Source of the DNA: the human T2T-CHM13v2.0 reference genome, Homo sapiens | DNA: 64,000 nt | Direction: 5' to 3' (one strand) | Assembly (NCBI RefSeq): GCF_009914755.1 | Contig: NC_060929.1 | Shown: piece after piece, positions 12,431 to 27,970 of the stretch | Position numbering within the stretch: the first letter of the stretch is position 1 | Layout: every line of letters starts with the position of its first letter | The notes under the pieces: model-generated | What the model was told of the DNA's origin: nothing | Database searches by the model: none | What the model saw: only the letters and a program-made list of their open reading frames with translations | Program-made: the position numbers and the translations under genes

Positions 12431-13671
12431 TAGAAAATACATTTTATGTGTTTCTAAACTTTATGCAGATTAAACATTCCAGAAGAATGATCAGTGCACT
12501 TAAAAAATATAGTGATAGAAATTATCCATACAGAAGCACCACTAGAAAAAATATTGAAAATAATAAGACATATATTTATATTAACATTAAATATGTTCAG
12601 TAAACTATAAGATAATCCTAAGAAGTTGAACAAGAGTGCCATTGAACTTCCAGAAAGGTGGTGACAAAAAATTGAAGGAAAAATGGGCTAACATTTTCTA
12701 AATTTGCTCACATGTTCTAGAAAGTTCAACAAATTCCAACCAGGGAAACAAACAAAAGAAGCTGAGGCATGCAATTCAAATCTCATAAAATTATTGTTAA
12801 AGAGAACAGCAATAAGAGAAAAAAGAGGGATTAAATGCAAGGAAATAAACCTAACACTGACTTTTCACCACAGGCAATACAAACCAGAATATACTGGAAC
12901 AATACCTTTAAATTCCTAGAAAAAAGCCTACCAACCTAGAATTCTGTTTTCAGAAAAAAATATTCTTCAGAAATGGAGGTAAAATAAATACATTTTCAGA
13001 AAAAGAAAAGCTGGGAGAATTCCTCATCAGAAGACTAGCACTTTAAGAAAGTTTAAAGAAAGTTTTTTCTGGCTAAACAAACATTCATCAAGAATTGTAG
13101 TAAGGAATGAGGTGTTAATAGTAGCTATGTGATTTTTTTTTAATTCTTTCATTTTTCAATTTATTTAAAATATCTTTTCCTATTTAAATAAAAAATAATA
13201 TATCTGTTGGGTTTATGACATAAGTAGATGTAGCTCTCACATCAATAATAGTAAAAAGAAGAGAAAGGTGAAATAGAAGTATATGATTATACATTTCTAA
13301 CATTTATCTGAAGTGGAATAACATACTTGAAAATAGACTATGATAAGTTAAGATGCACACTGCAAACTTTGGAGCTCCTACTATATAAAATTTAAGAGTT
13401 ATAGCTAGTAAGGCCATAATAGAGAAAAATGAATAATTAAAATATTTAAATAGTCAAATGCAGAGTAAACGAACAAAAAATGTATGAGACAAATTGAAAA
13501 CCAATAGCCAGATATACCCCAAAACAACCATATAAATAGATTAATTATAAATAATCAAAACTTTCCAAATAAATCCAGAGACTATTACACTTAATTAAAA
13601 GGCTAAATACAATTGTGTGTCATCTAGAAGAAGTATGTTTTATTTCATTATGATTATTATTACGATTATTA

Positions 13672-13831
13672 TTTTTAGAGATAGGTTCTCACTCAGTTAC
13701 TCAGGCTGCAGTGCAACGGTGTGATCATTGCTCACTGTACCTCAAAATTGTGACTCAAGCAATCCTCCTGCCTCACCTTCCTGAGGCAGCTAGGACTAGA
13801 GGAGAGTCCCATCATGCCTGGCTAATTTTTT
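13672..13831 (-). mobile_element. Alu right monomer (FRAM/AluJ)
   Basis: gagataggttctcactc...catgcctggctaattttt. The left arm is absent. Confidence 0.85.
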
Positions 13832-13848
13832 ATCCAAATTTTTTATTT

Positions 13849-14256
13849 AGCAGGCCTTTTTTTTTTTTTTTTTTTTTTTTTTACTACAACTATGTAGTCA
13901 GTACTAATGTAATATTAGTTGGGAATAAAGGCCTGCTTTCAGAATTGAAATTGCTACCAATTTTAACAAATGATGGGTACACTTTTGAAGTCTATGTAAC
14001 AACTAGGAAGTCATTTCCAAAATATGCCTCCCTTCAATGTGAAATCAGGTGTCTCATAGGCCAAATACATCATTGTAGTCATTACTACTTACTATTACAT
14101 TGTAGTCAATACTAATGTAAAATTAGTTGGGAATATACATCATTATATTGATGATGTAGTCAATACTAATTCCCATGGAATACAATGGGAAATTAGTTGT
14201 AGGATAATGATTTCAATTAGTTGTAGGATGAAATATCCTACAACTAATTTCCCATT
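13849..14256. repeat. Cluster of short direct and inverted repeats with a poly-T tract
   Basis: tgtagtca(a/g/t)tacta occurs four times. 23-bp perfect IR at 14184-14206 / 14234-14256. 11-bp IR at 13849-13859 / 13927-13937. Confidence 0.85.
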
Positions 14257-16453
14257 TCCTATCTTGAGAAGAAAAAAACTGTTTTTAATGCTGATGCTTC
14301 ATATTCCTGGCTATTTGATGTAAGGAGTTCCAAGTGGTCAAAATATTTTATTCTATTTTAGCACAAATAACCTGGTACATTATTATCCCAGAAAAATGTA
14401 GCCTGTTTTCACATAAACTCACTGTTCTTTCACTATGTTTAAACTACTTACTGTACATTAGTACTTCCCATTACAGAATGAGCTTATATGCATATATCCC
14501 CTTGATTATATGATTTTTTAAATGGCTATTTCATTTGGTGAATTTTCTAGCATTATATTTCCAAGTGTTTAGTTTTTATTATGACCTATTTATTGGTTTT
14601 ATTGATAGAATAATTTTCTGCCATTTCTAAATAGCATTTGATAAAAATTTTCTCCTAATTATGCCTCAGGGATTGTGTGAGAAATGGGTTCTTATAAGAC
14701 CTTCAACTAAGTGGAAATTAAAAAAAAATCTTGTAAAAAGTTTTCTGGATGTAAGAGGGGAGGCTTTTCTGTGTTCAAATGTAATTACTTTGAAAAAACA
14801 TCTCAATATCTTCAAAAGTATTAAAATCATAGAAGATACCTTAACCAACAAAATTATATGAGGAATTTATAACAAAAAATCTGCGTATCTCAAACTTTTG
14901 AGAAATTACCCTTCTGAAAAATTGATAGGTTGAAAAAGAAATTATAAAAGTAATTTAAATGTATTTTGAACTGAAAGTAAAGAAAAACATTACACATTGA
15001 ACTTTGTTGGATGTACTGAAAATAGTACATAAGAGGAAATTTTTAGCAACAAATACTTATATTAGAAAAGAATAATTGTTTCAAGTCAAAGATCTATGCA
15101 TGGACCCAAAGAAACTAGAAAAAGAATAAACAAATCCCAAAAGAGCAAAAGGAAAGGAACACTAAAGATAAGGCTAAAGATAAATAAATTAGAAAATGGA
15201 CAAATAATATAAAAGGTAGATCAAACCAAAAGTTAGTTCTTTGAAAATATTAAAATACATTGTTAAACCCCCAGCTAGATTGATGAGAGAGACAGAAAGA
15301 AAGAGAGAGAGGAAAAAAGAAACACAATTTGACAGTGACAGAATGAAAGGTCCTGCAGTTATTTAAAGTATAGTAAAAGAGTAATTTAAACTAAAATTTA
15401 AAGAAAATACATAAAAGAGGGGGAAGAGCCAAGATGGCCGAATAGGAACAGCTCTGGTCTACAGCTCCCACGTGAGCGACGCAGAAGACGGGTGATTTCT
15501 ACATTTCCATCTGAGGTACCGGGTTCATCTCAGTAGGGAGTGCCAGACAGTGGGCGCAGGTCAGTGGGTGCAGCACACCATGTGCGAGCTGAAGCAGGGC
15601 GAGGTACTGCCTCACTCGGGAAGCGCAAGGGGTCAGGGAGTTCCCCTTCCTAGGCAAAGAAAGGGGTGACAGACAGCACCTGGAAAATCGTGTCATTCCC
15701 ACCTGAATACTGCGCTTTTCCGACACTCTTAAAAAAAGGCGCACTAGGAGACTATATCCCGCACGTGGTTAGGAGGGTCCTACGCCCATGGAGTCTTGCT
15801 GATTGCTAGCACAGTAGTCTGAGATCAAACTGCAAGGCGGCAGCGAGGTTGGGGGAGGGGCGCCCTCCACTGCCTAGGGTTGCTTAGGTAAACAAAGCAG
15901 CCGGAAAGCTCCAACTGGGTGCAGCCCACCACAGCTCAAGGAGGCCTGCCTGCCTCCGTAGGCTCTACCTCTGGGGGCAGGGCACAGACAAACAAAAACA
16001 CAACAGTAACCTCTGCAGACTTAAATGTCCCCGTCTGACAGCTTTGAAGAGAGCAGTGGTTCTCCCAGCACGCAGCTGGAGATCTGAGAACGGGCAGACT
16101 GCCTCCTCAAGTGGGTCCCTGACCCCTGACCCCTGAGCAGCCTAATTGGGAGGCACCCCCCAGCAGGGGCAGACTGACACCTCACAAGGCCGGGTACTCC
16201 TCTGAGACAAAACTTCCAGAGGAATGATCAGACAGCAGCATTCGCGGTTCACGAGAAACCACTGTTCTGCAGACACCACTGCTGATACCCAGGCAAACAG
16301 GGTCTGGAGTGGACCTCGAGCAAACTCCAACAGACCTGCAGCTGAGGGTCCTGTCTGTTGGAAGGAAAACTAACAAACAGAAAGGACATGCACACCAAAA
16401 ACCCATCTGTACATCACCATCATCAAAGACCAAAAGTAGATAAAACCACAAAG

Positions 16454-17467
16454 ATGGGGAAAAAACAGAGCAGAAAAACTGGAAACTCTAAAAAGCAGAG
16501 CACCTCTCCTCCTCCAAAGGAACGCAGTTCCTCACCAGCAATGGAACAAAGCTGGACAGAGAATGACTTTGACGAGTTGAGAGAAGAAGGCCTCAGATGA
16601 TCAAACTACGAGCTACAGGAGGAAATTCAAACCAAAGGCAAAGAAGTTAAAAACTTTGAAAAAAATTTAGAAGAATGTATAACTAGAATAACCAATACAG
16701 AGAAGTGCTTAAAGGAGCGGATGGAGCTGAAAGCCAAGACACGAGAACTACATCAAGAATGCAGAAGCCTCAGGAGCCGATGCAATCAACTGGAAGAAAG
16801 GGTATCAGCGATGGAAGATGAAATGAATGAAATGAAGCGAGAAGGGAAGTTTAGAGAAAAAAGAATAAAAAGAAATGAACAAAGCCTCCAAGAAATATGG
16901 GACTAAGTGAAAAGACCAAATCTACGTCTGATTGGTGTACCTGAAAGTGACGGGGAGAATGGAACCAAGTTGGAAAACACTCTGCAGGATATTATCCAGG
17001 AGAACTTCCCCAATCTAGCAAAGCAGGCCAACATTCAGATTCAGGAAATACAGAGAACACCACAAAGATACTCCTCGAGAAGAGCAACTCCAAGACACAT
17101 AATTGTCAGATTCACCAAAGTTGAAATGAAGGAAAAAATGTTAAGGGCAGCCAGAGAGAAAGGTCGGGTTACCCACAAAGGGAAGCCCATCAGACTAACA
17201 GCTGGTCTCTCAGCAGAAACTCTACAAGCCAGAAGAGAGTGGGGGCCAATATTCAACATTCTTAAAGAAAAGAATTTTCAACCCAGAATTTCATATCCAG
17301 CCAAACTAAGCTTCATAAGTGAAGGAGAAATAAAATACTTTACAGACAAGAAAATGCTGAGAGATTTTGTCACCACCAGACCTGCCCTAAAAGAGCTCCT
17401 GAAGGAAGCACTAAACATGGAAAGGAACAACCAGTACCAGCTGCTGCAAAATCATGCCAAAATGTAA
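16454..17467 (+). pseudogene. L1 ORF1p (RNA-binding chaperone), disrupted
   Basis: MGKKQSRKTGNSK...RPNLRLIGVPE...NHAKM. Premature stops at 16598-16600 (TGA) and 16904-16906 (TAA). Confidence 0.95.
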
Positions 17468-17530
17468 AGACCATGGAGACTAGGAAGAAACTCCATCAAC
17501 TAACGAGCAAAATAACCAGCTAACATCATA

Positions 17531-21910
<4,380 letters not shown>

Positions 21911-22143
21911 AATGAGAACACATGGACACAGGAAGGGGAACATCACACACTGGGGGCTTTTGTGGGGTGGGGGGAGGGGGGAGGGATAGCATTGGGAGAT
22001 ATACCTAATGCTAGATGACGAGTTAGTGGGTGTAGCACACCAGCATATCACATGTATACATATGTAACTAACCTGCACATTGTGCACATGTACCCTAAAA
22101 CTTAAAGTATAATAATAATAATAAAAAGAAAATACATAAAAGA

Positions 22144-23490
22144 ATCTTTGTTACTTTGGGGCAGAGAGAGCTTAGTGAAATGATACAAAACTCACTAAAT
22201 ATACAAGAAAAAAGTCAATTAAAATTTTATCAAAATTATACATTTCTATTCTTTAAAACACTCGAAATGAAAAGGCAAACTACAAAATGGTAGATATTCT
22301 TCTATATATACATAGAAGGCAAATTGTGTATGATATGTTGATTATTTTGATATGTACTTTTGAGAGTGAGGATATTTGATGAATAGAGAGAAATCAAGGA
22401 AAATTCCCAGAGTGTGACTTAAGAAGTATGTGTATATATATATATATATACTTATATATATGTTTTGTTTTTACATATATAAAACCCTTTTATATGTATT
22501 TATAACCCTTTTGTTTTATGTATATATCATATATACAAAACATATATAAATCATATGTATGTTTTGTATATATCATATATATAAAACATATATATATCAT
22601 ATATATGTTTTATATATATATCATATGTATGTTTTTTATATATGATATATATGATATGTAAAGGGCAAAAAATGTTACCAAACATTGCATTTAACATAAC
22701 GTAACATAAATGTTATGTTACTAAAATTCATACATAAGATATCCTTTCTACTGAGCAGAGAAAAAGATGCTCAACACCATTAGTCATCAGTGAAATGCCA
22801 GTTAAAATTTCCAGTGAGATACCATTGCATATCCATGAGAACGGTAACAGTTGAAAAGAGTGAAAATAGCAAGGATTGGTGAGAATGTGGAAAAAGAACT
22901 TCATACTTGCTAGTAAGAGTGTTTAATAGTATAACCATGGGAAAGAGTTTGTCAGCATGAGTTCCAGCAATTTTGCTATTAGTTATCTACCCTAGAGAAA
23001 TGAAAACATGTCTTCAAAAAGATTTGCATGCAAATGTTAATAGCATCTTTATTCATAATAGCATTAAGCTGTAAACAAAACAAGGATCCTTAATAGATTA
23101 ATGGATAAACAAGCTGTGATATATGCAAATAATGGTATACTACTCGGCAATAAAATGGAACAAACTATTTAGACATAAAACATTGATGAATTTCACATTA
23201 TGCTGAGCTACCAAAGACATTAAAGAGCATACACAATATGAATTCATGTAGAACTAATTCCAGAACAGGTAAAACTAATCTATAGTAGCAGAGAGTGTAT
23301 CAGTTGTTTTCTGGGCCATAGGTAAGCAAGCGTAAAATGCAAATGACAAAAGGAACAATTTGGGGGGGTGATAGAAATATTTCATTGCTTGATTGGTGTG
23401 AGGGGGTATATAAACTCATCAAATGTAAACTTAAAATAGGTGGTTTTTCATGCATGTAACTCATACTTCAGTGATGTTAACTGCATAAGT
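22144..23490 (+). mobile_element. Ancient L1M (L1MD/ME-type) 3' portion, continuation of the host interrupted by L1PA3
   Basis: aaaggcaaactacaaaatgg, aaaagatgctcaacaccattagtcatcag, cctagagaaatgaaaacatg, aatggataaacaagctgtg, ggtaaaactaatctatagt. Confidence 0.75.
22426..22660. repeat. TA-rich low-complexity, palindromic tract
   Basis: (TA)n interspersed with aaaacata/tatgtttt units. Confidence 0.9.
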
Positions 23491-23694
23491 AGAAAAACAA
23501 GTGGACCAAACACTATCGAGGTGGGACAAGAATTGAGGCAGGGAGGCTAGGTAAGGTACTGTGAATAATTTGAATAGGTAATGATGGTTATAATAGAGGA
23601 AATGTAGGACAAGAAGACAGATGTGGGATCTATCTAGGAAGCAAATTGCATATGATATGTTGATGATTTAGATATGCATATATGAGGGTGAGGA

Positions 23695-24385
23695 TGATAT
23701 AGGCAGAGATAGGCATGAGTGGGGCAGGAGAGGGCTCCCTGTCACGACCCACTAGGAATGTCGGGTGATAGACTGGCAATTATTGCATTGCCTCTCTAAA
23801 AAGATAATTTGGCAGCCAGGGAGTGACAATCTCCTGATGGAACCTACTGTTAACATTTAAAATATTAATTGAATGCCAGCCCCTGGGAGAAGCAACTTCC
23901 TGGACATGGGTGTTAAGAGACAAAAATGGCAATGTATGATCTCCAGCTACATGTCATCAGAAGAGGAAAGAAAGCCTCTGTTTATTACTCCCTAAACACA
24001 CTGCAGCTGCTCAACTCCAAAGGGCAAAGAAAGCACTGGGCATGTGGGAAGCCCACCCTAAGGGAAGAATCATGGGAAAGCGGTGAGCCTACAAACTCCA
24101 AGGATCAAGGTTAAAAGTCCTTTTTTTCTCTCTCTCTTTCTCTCTCTCTTTGACCTTCAGGCGCCCACTTGGGTCTCTTCCACGTGAATTTTCCTTTCTT
24201 TCCTATTCTAAAGCCTTTTAAAATAAACTTCCACTCCTGCTCTGAAACTTGCCTTGGTCTCTTTCTGCTTTATGCCCCTCAGTGGAATTCTTTCATCTGA
24301 GGAGGCAAGAATTAAAGTTGCTATGGAGCCATACAGATACACAACTGGCAGCTCCCAGTAACTTGAATCTCTGCCACCAATAACA
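23695..24385 (+). mobile_element. MER50-family ERV1 solo LTR
   Basis: TG...ggcatgagtggggcaggagagggctccc...gaggaggcaagaatt...taaCA. TSD AGGA (23691-23694) / AGAA (24386-24389). Confidence 0.8.
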
Positions 24386-24450
24386 AGAATATCTGATGGA
24401 TAGAGAGAAATCAAGGAAAATTCCCAGTGTATGGCTTAAGAAACCAGATA

Positions 24451-24749
24451 AACCGGGTGCAGTGGTTCACACCTGCAATCCCAGTGCTTTGGGAGGCTGA
24501 GCTGGGCAGATTGCTTGAGCCCAGGAATTTGAGACCAGCCTGGACAACATGGCAAAAACCCATCTCTACAAAAAATACAAAAATTAGCTGGATGTGGTGG
24601 TATGTGCCTGTGGTCCCAGCTACTCAGGAGGCTGAGGTGGGAGGATCACTTGGGCTGAGGAGGTAGAGGCTGTTGTGAGCTGAGACTGCACCACCACACT
24701 CCAGCCTTTATCCTGGGCAACAGAGTGAGACCGTGTCTCAAAACAGAAA
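24451..24749 (+). mobile_element. AluJ
   Basis: Dimeric Alu. TSD AAGAAACCAGAT at 24438-24449 and 24750-24761. Confidence 0.92.
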
Positions 24750-26551
24750 AAGAAACCAGATGGAGTTGTTTATTTAAAAATAATAATAAAATAAACCCTA
24801 ATTAGTCTGAGATAGAAGCCGGTTAGGGGGTTGGGTCCTGTGGAGAATCAAGAGTTCTGTTTTGGTTGTGTTAATTTTAAAATGTTTATTGAATAACATT
24901 TAATAAATCAAATATCAAGTGTGTTGGATATAAGTCTGAAGTTTTAGGGCAAGTTTGAATCTTAAGTTATAGATGTGGAAGCCATAGCAAACAGGTTATA
25001 TTTAAAGCCATAGACTCACAAAATATTGCTAAGAGGGAAAGCATGTTTAAGGAAGATAACGGAGCCAAGGACATTTTGTGGCTCAGAAGGAAAAAGGAAC
25101 CCACAAAGGAGACTGAGATGAAGCAGTTACAAGGTAGGCACTCAATCAGAAGCTTGTGGGGTTCTAGACACCAAGAAATGGGAGGGTTTTAGGAAGGGAG
25201 GTGCTCACCTATGCTTAAAGGAATTGAAGTGTCTAAATAAGATGAGGAAAGAGTAGTGACCACTGAGCAAACTTTTTGTTACCATGACAACATTTTTCTC
25301 TGCTGGAAAGAGAATAAAAAGCTGATTATAGTGGATTTAGAAGATCATATGAGGTGATTCTAAGTTTGTCAAGATGGTTTACAATGAATTGGGCAGAAAG
25401 AAATGGGGCAGCAGTAGAAAGATGATGTGGAGTTCAAAAGATGTGGAGGTTTTGTTTCAAGGAAAAAAATAATGCTTGTTTTTCAGCTGGTGTAATATTC
25501 TATAAATAATTGAGAAATTGTTGATGCAAGAAAGAGATGTGTTTGAGGAAAGTCTTTGAGAAGGAGATAAGACAAAATCTAAACCACAAGTGGAGGAATT
25601 GGCATTTAATACCAAATTTCATTTTTGGGAAATATAGCATCTTATTAAGATAATGTATTATTATTGTCTATACTTAAATACTCAATTTAGAACTAAACCT
25701 TCCTTTAGAAAATCATAAAGATAAGATTTGGTTACAGTTATTATAATGCTTAACATTCTCTAATTCCTCTTTTGGTTTAGAACACATGCTTTTTCCAGTC
25801 ATGTTTACCCTTCAGGATTATCCTTGCCTTCATTAGAAAAACACTTTAAAATTAAAATAAAAAGAATACAATTCTAAAGGTGTTACTGACTGAAGTTATT
25901 TTTACTGAAGGAAGAAAACATAGACAATTTTATCCTGATGTAAAGTATAGTTTCACCCTAGCCACTAATGAGACTGTGAAACCAGAAGACACCACCTGAG
26001 AATTTGGTAGCAGCATCTTCTGTTCTAAGTAATACAGTCCTTGAAAAATATACAGCTACAGAAACAGCCACTCCTAGTCCTTGGATCTGCAGAGCATAGT
26101 GCCCTATTAGATGTTGTAAAACTGCACACACAGTTACTAATGAAAAGTTGAATTTGTATAGTCAGTTCTTTAGGAGCCACTAACAACTATTCAGAGCTAA
26201 TGACACTTTTCATTTACTTTGGTAAGGTGGGGCGTGGGTGGCAGTCAATGTTTAAGGGTCATAGTATGAAGTGAGGAAAAACAGCTGGGATGTTGAAATC
26301 TTATGAAATAAAGATGTTTAACATTTGAGAAGAAACCTCAAGACTGTGAAAGCCTGAGGTCAGGTTGTAGGAAAAAGTCAAAAAGGAAATTATTTTTTCA
26401 AACACTAGCATTTAAGATTTTAATGTTTTCATTGGCATGACTTCCAAATATGTTAGAGGGCCTTCCACTCTCCCTGGAAGATTTGGGAAGCCTGGGGCTT
26501 TTGCTTGCTCCTTTTCCTTCCTCCTCTATACAGATAATGCTAAACACATTA

Positions 26552-27060
26552 ATATTAGTTAGAATTCTTAGGTGCAAGTAACTGAATACACCAAATGTGG
26601 TTTAAACAATGAGAAAAATAAGCTGCAAGTAACTGAAGACACCCCAAGTGGTTAAACAAATAAGTCCGGAGCTGGGATGTGAAGGGCCTGTGTCGGTCTC
26701 TCTGGTAGTCTCTTGACCACAAAAAGGGGAAACTGCTGGCATTGGGCTTCACCTGGTAGTGGCCCAAACCAGTAACCAAGTCCCTACCTTAGTTCTCCCT
26801 TTCTTAATTATGAGGAGAAAGCAATCCCAGAAGCCTCTGATTTGGCTTTTCTCGTTCTCTTGTTTTCCTGTCACATGATCATATCTAATAAATCATTGAT
26901 AAGAGAAATAGAATTATTATGATTGGCATAGACTAATGAACATTTGCCCCCTGTGGAGAGGGAAGCCCCATGAATATACATGAATGACTAGTTACTACAT
27001 AAAGCCAGGGTTCTGTCAGCAAGGTAGAAGAGATAACTAGTGACTATCCAGAAGATAGGG
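26552..27060 (-). mobile_element. Old MLT1 (J/K/L-type) LTR with internal ~50-bp tandem duplication
   Basis: tgcaagtaactgaa.acacc...gtggtt.aaacaa occurs twice (26573, 26623). ggttctgtcagcaagg lies near the end. Confidence 0.55.
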
Positions 27061-27589
27061 CAATGTGTGAAACGTGATGAGCAGAGTAGCAGGTGCACAG
27101 AAGCATTTAGTAAATATTACCTGCTATTGTTGCTCTATCAGAGCCACTCTGATGGGAAATAAAACAACACCAGCATTACACTAATCTTACTCCAGACTGC
27201 ATACTCTGCCCTACAACCAATCTGTTATTAAATAGTGTAGTTAACCCTTAATTGTAGTTTTAATTGCTTTCCTTTACTCTAAATCCTTTTCCTTGGTCAT
27301 CCTATTTGTCTCACCCAAGCAGCAACTAATTAGTTATGCCTCCAGCCTCATCCTCTTTCAAAACATTTGTATATTGTTTCCAGATTGATCTTTCTTAAGG
27401 CAAATCTGATCTTGTAGCTGTCTTCCTTAACAGTCTCTAACAATGCCACATTTACAAAAGAAATGGAAGACTCACACCTGGGATTTCTATTGTCTACAAA
27501 GAATCACTGAGTCATTTGCTCAGATCACCTCCAAGGGAACTTAGAAGGGCTGACTCCCCCCAGAAGCGGGAGAATACAGCCTATTGGCC

Positions 27590-27970
27590 AACATGGGTGG
27601 GCTGCTGAAGTGATGTACTACCCAAATTATTCTTGCTGCCAAGCTGCTGGAAGTTTGGTTAGCAAACATATTCCAGCAGTTTATCTCAGCTGTGAAGAGC
27701 TTCCTTGTTCAAGGCCATGCCCTTCCAGAGGGAGCCCCTATTTAGTGACTGAGGGAGGTAGGAGTATAAAGGCCTGGCCATTTTAGCCCATGCAATAAGC
27801 CTCCACTTTCTATATGGGTGGCTGAGGCTTTGTCAAGCTTCTGTCTCAGTTTGACTTCTTTCTCTGCTCTCTCTTGTTTTCTGTTCCCTCTTGTCGTAGG
27901 TTTTAATCCCTTATAAATATTTTGAGCCACCTGTCCCTCTACATCTGCTTCCAGAAATCTCAACCTGCAA
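27590..27970 (+). mobile_element. LTR16A-type ERVL solo LTR
   Basis: caaggccatgcccttcc, gtataaaggcctggccattttagccc, and end catctgcttccagaaatctcaacctgcaaca. Confidence 0.75.

Larger units (their letters stand above)
11565..15399 (+). mobile_element. Ancient L1M (ORF1 / inter-ORF / ORF2 start), fragmented by later insertions
   Basis: A-rich degraded L1 motifs: ccaacctagaattctg, gaggtaaaataaatacattttcaga, agactatgataagttaagatgc, tattttgaactgaaa, caaaagttagttctttgaaaa. Confidence 0.7.
23500..25610 (-). mobile_element. L2, interrupted by MER50 LTR and AluJ
   Basis: tcaagagttctgttttggttgtgttaatttt, gttggatataagtctgaagttt, gtatttaaagccat, gaaggagactgag, caaataagatgagga. Confidence 0.75.

Noticed and set aside
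13890-14230. CRISPR-like or minisatellite array
   Set aside because: Copies vary in length, spacing and orientation. There is no periodic repeat-spacer structure.
15499-15870. L1 ORF0 (antisense 5'UTR ORF)
   Set aside because: The homologous frame is present (RLFLRVSEKRSIQVGMTRFSRC), but the start is ATG>GTG (about 15868) and an in-frame TAA occurs near 15770. It is not intact.
21955-21990. G-quadruplex motif (and its complement at 21090-21115)
   Set aside because: Standard poly-G tract of L1PA 3'UTRs, not locus-specific.
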